Source of the DNA: Tubiluchus corallicola
Lineage: Eukaryota > Animalia > Priapulida
Length of the DNA: 64,000 nt
Direction of reading: 5' to 3'
Assembly (NCBI GenBank): GCA_030141605.1
Contig: JAQGDQ010000352.1
Location: 124,001 to 188,000, forward strand
How positions within the stretch are numbered: position 1 is the first letter of the stretch; the number at the start of each line of letters is the position of its first letter. Positions 24,988 to 37,300 of the stretch are shown piece after piece. A program made the position numbers and the translations under genes. Under the pieces are notes generated by a model. It made no database searches and was not told the origin of the DNA. It saw only the letters and a program-made list of their open reading frames with translations.

Positions 24988-27900
24988 CTGTTAAAAGACA
25001 ACAAAATTTACTATGCCGGAATGATCAAAATCAAAACCACACGTCCATACTACTCACATTAGAGTGAGGAAAACTCTCAAAAAAATCCATGCTACTCAAT
25101 CTTCTCATGAAAATTGATGAGCTGCCATAAAGTAACATATCAATACTACTTAATTATTTAAAAGTGAAGGAATTGTTCACAAACTACAGATGCACACTAC
25201 TTACTTGAAGGAAGGGTGAGGTTTAAAAATGTCAAATCAGCCCATTTCAACTGAGTGTGCAACAATGAAACATTAAACTGAATGTATAGCCTTGTTGTTA
25301 GTCTAAGCATACAAACTCCCCTTAAAATAGATCTTTGGACATATAATAGGTATTGCAAACGCAACTTTATAAGCTAAACAGTTACTGTTTCAGTGTTTCT
25401 TCCAAATACAATTTTAATTCTTTGGATTGCGACTCACACACAAATAACAAGAGCATGTATCTATGTGCACAGTAATATAAAATAACAAATATATTTTCAC
25501 CAACCGTTATTATTTTACATTTTAATTATTATCAGTATTAGAATTTTTGTTGTATTCGTGTGGCGGAACTCATGGTTAAGTGGGTGTGAGTGCATGCTTT
25601 AATGTGGCGTTTGGCTGCCATTCACAAGATCGATTCTCGCTCTGGGAAATATCATCCGTAGAGCTTGCCTGTTTATCTCATTGCTTATATACACATTTCA
25701 ACGTGGCTGAGATGCCCCCACTGATTCAGTGGCTTATCTTAGACTAATCTTCTTGATAATGAACTAGGCCCCAGTTATTAGTTTTTACGTACTACAAACA
25801 TCTCTTTTAAGTAAGCTCTGCCTTCGAACTGTGGAATTTGGCTTGCCAGTGCCAAAGCGACACAGGAGGAAAAATGACATAACATACAAAATCAATAACG
25901 AACTAGCTAAACCCCGCAAAAGTATCTTTGGGCATAATCAGTAATGCGCGAAAATTCAACATAGTATTGCTTAAGTGGTTAACAGGTTGACAAATGATTT
26001 ACAACAATTATATAAAACCTCTCTGCATAATACAGTAGAACAGCGGCTGTGCACAGTGTTCGCGCATTATTGATCATCAGTAAGTGGGTCTACCGATGTT
26101 TGTCATTTTATACAGTTTTGTATTTGCTGTTGTTGTTATTTGTGTATGGGGTGTGATGTTGTTGTTGTTGCTGCGGATGGTATCATCATCGTTATTATTG
26201 CCACTGCTGCCATCATCGTGTTGTGGCGTGATGTGGGTTGTCGTTGTTGGTTTACGTGCATTTTTTGTAGGTTTGGCTAGTAAAACAGTAAAATATAAAT
26301 ATGCCTGTAGAATTAATAGGTTAACCAAACCCCGGGAAGACAATTTTGCGCAGCGCAGAAGCAGTGTGAAACGCTACTGTATTACATATATACAGGGTCG
26401 GATTATGACCTTTTGGGGCCCCTAAACTAATGAAATTATGGGGTCCCCTCAGACAGAACCACTCTCTAACTTGTCAGCATTCCTCTCGAATATATTTTGG
26501 CGATATTTGCATAGCTTGAATTAAAATTATTACAAATTATTTAAATAAACTAGAAGAGCCACCTTTTGTTTGTCAATAAAAGTGTAATTAAGAAACACCA
26601 CTATTCACTATTTTTGTATTTATTGCAACCACATTAGTTCATATTTTAACACAACCATGGTGAGACTACAGAGTTTTTTCTACCAAAAGAGGGTCCCCCA
26701 AGCTGGCCTTAAGCAGCAGCCTATACTTGCATATAGGATATAATCTGGCCCTGCATCACTGCATGTAACACCGAACACTTCCTTACAATACTACTTACGC
26801 GAAGTAGACGAGGAAGAGCTATAGATGCTGACTAGTGGAGCCTGTTTTACTAAGATTTAAAACAGATCTTTCCATCACCAATATGATGAAATAAGAAAAA
26901 AATGACAGCTTGAACCTGACACACAAACGTCAAACGAAACTTCAAAAATGTTGCGGTACTTTTACTAACTAGACAGTATACCCGTTCACCTGGCTTAAAA
27001 TATCAACTGACTGCTAAAACAGTTTGAGGGATTTGAAGTTGCAACACACGTTAAGATGTTAAAACCGATCGCCGAAGCAAGAGAAAAGCTCGCTTGAAAT
27101 CTGTTATATTCACAGATACATTCCTTTAAAGATTAAAAATGCGTTTATTAATACAAGATCGACTGCTATGAATGTGCGTATATAAGCCTCAAAGTTAGAT
27201 CCTCAATAGCCAATAAAATAAGACAAGAGTTTTTTAAGTCTGAACTGGCAATTCAAACATCGTACACCAAAGCGACCAAACCGCAACACTACCAAAAACT
27301 GCCAAAATTTATCACATTCGGTTTTGGTGCGGATTCCTACATTTATTCAATACTTATTAATTGAGGTATTCTTGGTACTTGGTAATGGTAACTGGGAATT
27401 GGTAATCTTGGTATTCAAGATTTGGCATTTATGGGTTTCAATCTATAATCAACATACTGATATACAGTAGTCATGGATTGGTTGGTACTTTATTTGCAAT
27501 TAAATATGATAAGAAGTCAAGTTTTTGTGTCAATTATACCAATTTACTTGCGTTATTAAACCTACAAAGCGCTATTAATTTAGCGTTTTATCAACATCTT
27601 CTTCTATCGCAAATTATAGCACGACAAGAAAGCAACTCAGACTCCTTTTATGACAGCGATTACGTGACATCATTTAAACCAAGCCTACGGCCTTTTGCAG
27701 TTGCTTTACACACCACATGCAGTTCCGGAGCGGTGGCTTTCAAATACTGTACGTCATGTTACCGTTGGTCATTGACGCCATGCTACAAAAATTTGCCTTA
27801 GTAGCCACGTACAAAGTACAATGGGTAAATCTTGCATAGGTCGAAAACACTTCATAACAACCGTGTTTACACGCACATATACTGTTTACAGAGTTGTGTA

Positions 27901-30900
27901 AGAAAATATGTAAAACTCATAACGTTAGGTCAGTGCTCAACCTGATACCCCTGGGAGCATTCGTGAAAAATGCTGCACATAATAACGATAAAAGTATATG
28001 TGAGCATATATAATTGTATGTATTTATATATCTGCAATTGTGCGTGTGATAAATTCATAAGTTTAGACATCTTCAGAAATCTGTCAGGGATAAACAAATC
28101 TTACTACCAATTTAAACATAGTTTTCAGTAGTATTTAATAAGAATTTCGAAAAATTTAACCATATCGTAAAAGTATGAGTGACACAGATGTCTTTATATG
28201 GCATAATTTAAACAGATAACGCTATGCGCTTTCGCCATAAACAGTTAAAACAGCGCTTGCATATGTACCCATCAAACAGCTTCAGAGAAGTTGCACATTG
28301 CCATACCACACCACAAGCACTTACAAGGAACGAACCTTCAAATAGCAGCAATAATTTTTGATAAATTACTACACCACAAGTAATGGTAATTAACACACTA
28401 CAAGCAGTAGTTTTTGATTGGCACTACACGTGACGTGTGTGTCATAATATAATTATCTGAAATTTATTATTCACATCTTTCAACGCTCAAGACAACCAAA
28501 ACTTTGAAGTGCATCATAAAATGGAAGCAGCACAGAATTAGTTTTACTTAGGTGTCAATTTCAATGCCAGCAGACGGTTCAAAAAGGCAAAGCGGGAATT
28601 GTGTAATGAAGGCATTTTTTTAAATTTAGACAAAAGCTTATAATATAAAGGGTATTAATATAAATTACAAAATACTGTTTGACAGCTTCATCCAACCAAT
28701 AGCCCTGTACTCAGCTGAATCCGGGGCGCCATTCTCTTTTAACAAACGAAAAGTGTTATGCATTGAAAACGTGCATAATGGTTTGAATGTCAGTCTCTTG
28801 GTGCTAGGAAGTTTCTATTAATGAGATGCGTGGAGAACTCGCACGCTTTCCATTATACACTGATATACTTGTTAAGTGTAATCAGATACCGGCCAAAAAT
28901 AGTGAATTCTCCACCAAACTTATTAGTATGTCAAACTAGTCAATCTAGAAAATACTGACTGCTGGTTGAAATTCACCAGAGATATTTTAATCATACAGGA
29001 TTCGCACATGTTTGGGAAACTTGAAATACAGAGTTCATTAAACCAAAACAATTTATCAATTTATTAAAATCAAAACTTCAAGCTAATTAAGCAGACTCCT
29101 GGAAGAAAAACGTGACCAAAGGAACCAGTAAAAATATTAACAAAAAAGTTCAAGCCTATTCCAAATTTAAAAACGAATTCTGTAAGTCTTGTAGCTATTA
29201 AAAAATCCCATTAAAAGAGTAAACTTTACAACATCATTAGCTCACACAACCTCCTTATTGGGAAAAGCCGACATGCACACCAAACCTAAAATCGCCTTAT
29301 TAATAATAGACAAGGGGAAAGGCACTTTCAATTCTTGAATATTGCAATGATTTAAGACATAAATCACATCATCTGTTTTGTCATGTAAATGAAATTTTCC
29401 CAAACTTCAAGGACCTCGCGGTACACGAAAAATTTCTGTTTCTTCTGGACAGAGTTGGTAATAAAGTTGTAAACTCAGACTGAACTCATGTTACAGACTG
29501 CTTTGAAAACGAAAAATTCATGTTTAATTGCTGCAGATAACCGATCATAACGCTTTGATCACGGTAACTATATTACTTCTGTAAATGTGTAAATAGTGTG
29601 AACTATTTAGTTTTTACTATTTTAATGTGACGATTATATTCAAGCCTTCGGGTACATGCTGTATAATCAGTGCCGGATTATGATCTTTTGAGGCTAATAT
29701 ATTTCTGGGGCCCCCTCAGACGAAACAGCCTCTGTCTCACCCGCACCCGTTTTGAATTTTTTTTACTGGCGGTATATTTTAACGACATTTAATTAGCTTG
29801 CATAATGCATATTCTTCAAATAAACCAGAATATTTTTCCTTTTTTGTTAAGCAATATCACTATTCTATCGTTTATTGGCAAATCAAATTAGCACATAGAC
29901 CTACTTCAACACATCCGTAGCGAAAAAATAGATTTTTTTTACCAAATGTTACCAAAAATTGAGAGCCCTCAAGCTTGTGGGTCCCCATGCTGCAGCCTAT
30001 ATTAGCATATAGGATAATCCGACCAAGTATTGTGTGTATTGCACTGTACTATAATAACTTAAAGTAACATTATAATTACGATTGGTATGGTTGATCCAGT
30101 CACAAACTTATTTAATGAAAATCAGAAGAAAAGGAAAAATGGCAAACGAATGAAAACCACGCCAACACATATACCTTACATGTTTGTGCGTGTGTCTTTA
30201 CCTGTCGCTAAGTAGTAAGTCGCTAAATAGCCGTTACTGCTGATGTTGTCTGTTAAATGAGCGACGGTAAATAAATTTTGTCTTTGTTTTGTCTTTTTTG
30301 ACTTTATCAAACAGGAAAATAAGTAACAAATGAGTGAATATCAGCGTGAACACTAAATTAATCAACGAGAGAGTGAATAAAAGAATGTACGAATAAAAAA
30401 GCAAAAGAAGAAACGAATGAATAAATGCATGAATAAAAAGAACAAAAAATAATGAAACCGGAACACAAAATCGTAGCGCAATAAATGAAAAGTCTAGTAG
30501 CGCCTCCTATTTTTTATTTCATTTTTTATCTAAAGTTAATTTCAGCACATTAAGATGCTACATAAAAGGTAACCAATGAAACGTATTTTCATTTAAGTTT
30601 AAACTGGAATATCCTTCACCTTATTGTGCCTGTGTCCACTTCAAGCTCAAGGTAGTAACTAAACTGACGAAATTAGTCTTTAACCGATTTGGTTTAGCGA
30701 TTTCTTGTGATATTAATAATTACGTATGCAAAGCAGCTGCTGATTACAGGGCACACTGTCAGCAGGATGTGATGGAATGCGGCTGTTCCGGCCGACGTCC
30801 GCACTCCTGCATTTTCGCCGGAATTTTTTCCCGTTGTTGTTACTGGATGGAGTAATTAAATTACGAGAGAGAAGGAATCTTTTCCAGCAGAAATGCCACC

Positions 30901-31339
30901 GCGAGCTTGTTTATGTAATTTATGTGTTGCAGTTATGAAAAATATTGACTTTTCTTTGCCGCCGAACACGGGTAAATTTTTCGGGTCTGTGGTTGCTAAC
31001 TTGCTACCCAGTTACAGAACACCAAAGTGCTCGACTAGCACAAATACTAACTTGGTCACAGGCTCGAATCATGGGCCTATGGTAAATGTTTTAGTTGTTC
31101 TAAAATAATTCAAGAGTAAGACTTACATGTCTACTAATTCGATTCCTTAATTTTAGTTGAAAAGTTCGATATTATAAAAATTGCACTACACTTTTTTTAA
31201 TGATTTTTGATTTAATATTTTATTTCAAACTTTACAAACTCATATACACATCACAAATTAATACAAATAATACAATAAATCATAACAAACAACAATAACA
31301 CAAATAACAATTAACGATTACTTATTTTAGATCGTAACT

Positions 31340-31372
<33 letters not shown>

Positions 31373-34300
31373 GAGAGAAATAAATAAAGCGAGAAAGAGG
31401 GGAGAGAGAAGGAGAGACAGAAAAGGAGAGGGAGAGAAAGAAAGAGAGCGAGAGAGAGAGAGAGAGAAAGGAGAAAGAGAGAGGGAGAGATGGGATGATC
31501 AATGAACGAAGAGAAGAATTTATTTTTTATTTTTGCTTCTCGTTTATTTTAATGCATAAGAAGTACCTTAGAACAGTAAATGAAACGACTTAATTAAAGA
31601 TCATTATTTAAAATACAATAAGGCAATGCGACATCATTCACATAAATTTCGCCTAGGAATCAATCCACATTATCTAGCTATTATTTTTAATTATATTAAC
31701 TGAATTTACACGAAAGTGGTTTGAACAAATCATTTCAAAAACCATTTTAGTGTAAACGAGCTAACAGTTTGAAATCTCTACTATCTGGTGAGTTACTTCA
31801 CTTCTAGATAAAAAATATCGCCCCAGAGGTCCCCCTTCCGCTAAGCATCTGTATTTAATAGCCACTTACGCTGCCCAAGAAATGATCAGCTAAGATTTGC
31901 CGTCAAACTGGCGAAGCAGCTATCATAGCCGGCTAAAGGCTTGTTCACACTACTCGACATGATATGATGCACGCTTAAACACCTTCAGGCTCTGTCCACA
32001 TCTGCCGGCAAGCATCATTAGAAGTCAGAAGTTCGCCGCTGCTAAGACATTCTTGGTTAGTCATAGGACGTAAACTATGTCTTACATGATCTGCTATAGG
32101 CAGCACGTGATGCTAGACTTCTCAGTGTTTCCGAAATTGCAAGACACTTCGCAGTCTGCCTGTGGTATGACTTTTTCATGTGAGTTGGCTCCACAAAATG
32201 TTACGACTACTCAAATATTTTTAAAGGAAAACAGGATGTTTTTTTATACATTGTCCGTTAGAAAGTATACATTTTAACATAATTAATACTGCAAAAACGG
32301 TTCTGATAATTAAATAATAGATCAAAAAACTCAATTAACGGCGGGCTAGCCCAACTATTGATGACATCACAAACGAACATAATTGCAACAGCAAGAACAT
32401 TCCATGAGCGTGTTTCACTTGTTTGCGAAAGCGAAAATTGAAGTACAGCGCTACTGTGAGATATTTAGTGTGCACTAAAACTAGGCAAGTAAGATAAATG
32501 TTCAAATTTAAAATTTATTGCTGTGCTCATGAGCTATCGAATGTGAGTAGTTTCTCACATACTAACACATCTGAACCTGTTTTTATGCAATACGTTTCCG
32601 AAATGCAGGCGTTACTGTAACAGCGAAAAACTAGTGGCCGCGAACGTGAAATTGTGTTTGTGTGGTAATAATTCTTTCGCGTAAGTCATTCTTTAAAAAT
32701 AGTATGTTTCCTTTCAATATTTTAAAGAGTAGATTGTTTTGACCTGCAGTTTAAGATTGGGTCCGGTTTTGCTTTAACATAAAAAAACGTTGAATGTCAA
32801 TGTAGTCGCAAATTCAACGTTTGCTGAGATGGCAAGTCTCAGGAGAGCTCTTTCATATTCAAATATTTATTATACGATACAGGGTGATGCAAAAAATTAA
32901 CGCTTCTAGCTGAGATACGTAGAAGACATCAATGTCAGAATTTTTATTGTTTTTAGCAGAAAAGCTAAAGTTCACGCTCTTTCGTTCATGGATGATGAAA
33001 CCAAATACGTATATTTTTCCCGTTGATAAAATTCGAACCAATGATTGCTCGAATGGTTGCTGTCAGCATAGCTGCTGCTTTTCCGCCTAGTCGCCAGTTT
33101 TTAGAATAATCACAATACAGGCAATTCAATTTGAATTTAACCTGTATTTTTTCATTATGTCACTAAAAATTTGCGCGTTTTTAGGCTAATCGGTATATAC
33201 GATAAAATGATGGTAAGTTATTGTTGTTAAATGGTTAATTAGGACTAGAATATCGTACAAAATAGCACTTATGTCTCATAGCCCAAGCGTTAGGGATTCC
33301 TTGAATAATGGACGTGTCCGTTCTTCGGTTTCCATCAAAATTTGAATGTTGAGCTATGAATCGGGGGCATTTAAAAGTTCCCTTTCAAACGTAACTTAGT
33401 ACCAGCCAGTTCTATTGTTCATTTTCAAGGTATCATAAAATGCAAAAAAATCTCCAGCTTATTACAACTATAAAAAAATCCGTTTTAGCCTGTTTGTGTG
33501 TTCATGTTTGTGACGCGATACATTTGAACATGTAGGTCAAGCAGTTAAACTCGCAATATTTTTTACAATTTTCAACAGACAGCAAATACCACTGAGGGAA
33601 AGATTAAGAGAAAACTAATTCGATTTTGAAGAACCAACTTTATTTTAACGTCTAAATTTGGATTTTCTTCAACATCACACGAGCCACTGATCGACAGTTC
33701 CGAAATGAATTTAAAAACGTTTTTGTGTTTCATTTTTGCGGAACGTTAATGACGACATCCAAACAGTTTGTTTTACATCAAAGTGTTTTAATGTTAAAAT
33801 GAACTCTCAGATTAAATAACTTTCGACAAAAATTTACTTAGTTCACGTTATTTACTGGATGTTGTTTGTGTTACCTTTTTTCCTCTCATGTGTAGTTCAA
33901 AACAAAGTTTTATAAAATAATGTTTTTAACATTACAGTAATTTAGCATTATATAAATGGCACGTTATTTTGCCATAATAATTTATTCTTGCTTAATAATT
34001 TTATTTTTAATATTGTATTCCCGAGCTACCGAGCTATATTGGCAAGCTAGCCTAATATTTAATGCTTGCCCTTTGGGTAGTTATCAGTTTAATGTTAATG
34101 TAAAATAACAATTCCAACAAGCCTTGATTCTTTTATAAATATTGCTACGACTTTTGAACGTGGTTAGGAGTTGGCTCGCTTACCGGAAACCGCATTTTTA
34201 CGTCCTTCAAGTTCGTCTGAAACTGATATCACTCCGCGCACTTCTCTTTACGACTCAGTGCGGCAGAGTTATGACGGCCTCTAATTTGTGAGTTTCTCGA

Positions 34301-37300
34301 TTTATTGCTGCGTAAAGTATTTTATGGCTACCCACTGCTTTGTGTACACTTACAATAAAAGCCACCCAAATTTCCAAAGACTCCAGAATAAGCTACAATG
34401 GCGCTGCTTACGACTGGGACACCTAGTTTGCTGCGTGGGGTAGCAACCAGGGCTGTTATCTATCATCGTTTTTTAAAGCAAAAATTTCATAAATCCAGAG
34501 AGTAGACTGGACGTGTAATTGTTAGAGTGTTAGTGCCTCCCATGCCAAAAACGTCCCAAATTGTGCTGTGCTTATTAAATTGCTAAGTCTCCACCACGTC
34601 CACTTTCATTTCCGGTCTGTTGTCTGTATGTACATGAGAAATAGTCAGAAAATAAAGCGAAAAATTACGGGCCACATATAAAATAGGTTAAATCTGTCAA
34701 AATACAACAACGTTATTACAATAAATTTTGCTCAGCGTTTAAAATTTTTAAAATAGCGAAGTCGCCCATAAAATTTCTTTATTGTTTGTTGTTGTTGTTG
34801 TTGTTGTTTGTTGATGTTTTATTGACTTTTGCACGTTACATGGCTTAGGTTCGTTCTTCATTTTATGTACAGTTTTGGCAGTATTCTAAGTTGGCTTAAA
34901 TTCTTAGTTTTACAAAGGCAGGAGGTTCTTGAGTGCTGCGTGCCAATTTGTCCAGGACTTGACTGTTTCCGCGTCAACGACTGAACAAGAGAGGAGGCGA
35001 ACAAAGCTAGAAATTTTGCCGAAAATCCAGATTTTCTTAAGCCTGAAGTTCGGGGCTATGTACAGTCTTATACCATTGAATGACCCTAAAACTTACTTTG
35101 CCTAGCAATCTTTTGCAAAATAAATATTACGTTGGGTTTTAGGGACTTTTTGCCTTTCAAAACTCTAAACTAATAGCTACGTATAACGACGGTAGCATTA
35201 TTTTTACTAAGGCAGAAAAAGACCATAACAACATTTATTTACAGTCGCTCTTTTAACAGACAGCTTTTTTAACGGATTCTTAGTGACTTACACTTACGCA
35301 TCACATTGACCTTAGTATGATTTAAAAAACACAGGACAGTTAGTTGATATAATACAGCAAACAAAAGGTGTTGTTACCACATTAACGTTGATATGATGCA
35401 ACAAACAAAGGACATTGTTACCACATTAACGTTGATATGATGCAACAAACAAAGGACATTGTTACCACATTAACGTTGATATGATGCAACAAACAAAGGA
35501 CATTGTTACCACATTAACGTTGATATGATGCAACAAACAAAGGACATTGCTACCACATTAACGTTGATATGATTCAACAAACAAAGGACATTGCTACCAC
35601 ATTAACGTTGATATGATACAACAAACAATGAATATTGCTATCACGTAAACGTTGATATTACACAACAAACAAAGAACAGTGCTACCACATTATGATGCAT
35701 AAACAAAGGACATTGCTACCACATTAACGTTGATATGATACAATAAACAAAGGACATTGCTACCACATTAACGTTGATATGATACAACAAACAATGAATA
35801 TTGCTATCACCTTAACGTTGATCTTACGCAACAAACAAAGAACAGTGCTACCACATTATGATACAATAAACAAAAGACATTCCCACCACATTAAATTAAC
35901 ATATGGCATAACAAGCAAAGAAAATTGATATCACATTGACGTTCATATATTGTAACAAGCACAGGACTCTCGCACCACTTCGATGTTGAGATGACGTAAC
36001 AATCACAGAACATACGACATAAGGACATGGGTACCACATTTACGTTGATATAACATACCAAACAAAGTACATTGCTTCTACATTGTCATTGATAACATGT
36101 ATCAAACTCAGAACACTGACACTAAATTGACGATGATATGAAGCAACAAACACAGGACATTGTTACCATGTTAACGTTGATATGACATATATTGCCATAA
36201 ACCTTACCTTTCTGCCTGCTTTGTTATTGTGCAAATTCATCAACTTTTTCGGGTTGCCCTTTTTAGACTTGTCTCTTGCATCAACAAACTCTTTTGAAAA
36301 CGTTGTCCCGTATGCCACGTTGTCTGAACAACCTGACCACTGGAAACCTTCTGCAGAAAGGCCACGGACACTGCGGTCGCAACCACAGGTGGTAAGATTT
36401 CCACTACTGCAAGCTTTGGTGACTGCATGAGCAACCCCTGCTGCAGAGATAGCATGGACAAAAGCCGATTCCCGTGTACCTGCAATAAACAACATTACAT
36501 CGTCAAAAAAGTCCAATGTCACAAAAATATTTTCGAAGATTTCCCATATTTATTTTTGCAAGGATGTTTGAGATAGATGCATATACGGCAAGTTATCATT
36601 GGTGAAATGAATGCGAAAGGTAACGGTCCAAACTTGATCTTGGGCATATGATATATAATATATCATACTTTTTATTTAAGAAATTTAAAAACATATGTTT
36701 AATTGGTTTATATGTTTTTACAAACGGTCATTGTTTAACACATTTTACCAATGAAGTTAGTTTGTTTGATAGTAACTTGAGACCGAGACGTCTTGGGTTC
36801 GAGTCCTCCTGGAGATGAACAAAAATCGAGACTTTCTAATTTAGTATGCTTTCGTGTGTTGAAATGGTTTCTGACAACTATCGCATTTTTAACATAAATT
36901 GCATTTTACGCTAACGTAAGTTGAAAAATTAATTTGAAGTTGAAGTCAATAATAACGAACTCGGTAATAGAACCTAGCACAGATTTTTCAAATTTTGATA
37001 AAAGTTGCTCGTTTGTATGTCTCACCAAAGCTCTAAGGACAAGAATTTAACAACATGTTATTTTGTAATATCAGTATTGCTTAATTATTACTTTAGTATT
37101 ATTTGTCATGCATGCTCTCTCAAATCGTATGTGTGTCAATTTTATACATGTGCCCGATGGTGTAACTTTTCCAAAACAACTACACTTTCTTAAAGGTGTC
37201 TGACAACAATGCATTTCGTAAGCTCTTCAACTTTTTTGGAAGATGTGGCATAATTATGACGTCATTAGAAGAAAAATAACAGGATCATTTATATCTGGGC

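Noticed and set aside
26077-26425. Hydrophobic 113-aa and 88-aa ORFs
   Set aside because: Low-complexity (GTT/GAT)n sequence running into a MITE; no protein motif.
36760-36815. tRNA gene (B box GGTTCGAGTCC); similar remnant near 25570-25650
   Set aside because: No cloverleaf or intact A box; decayed SINE heads at best.
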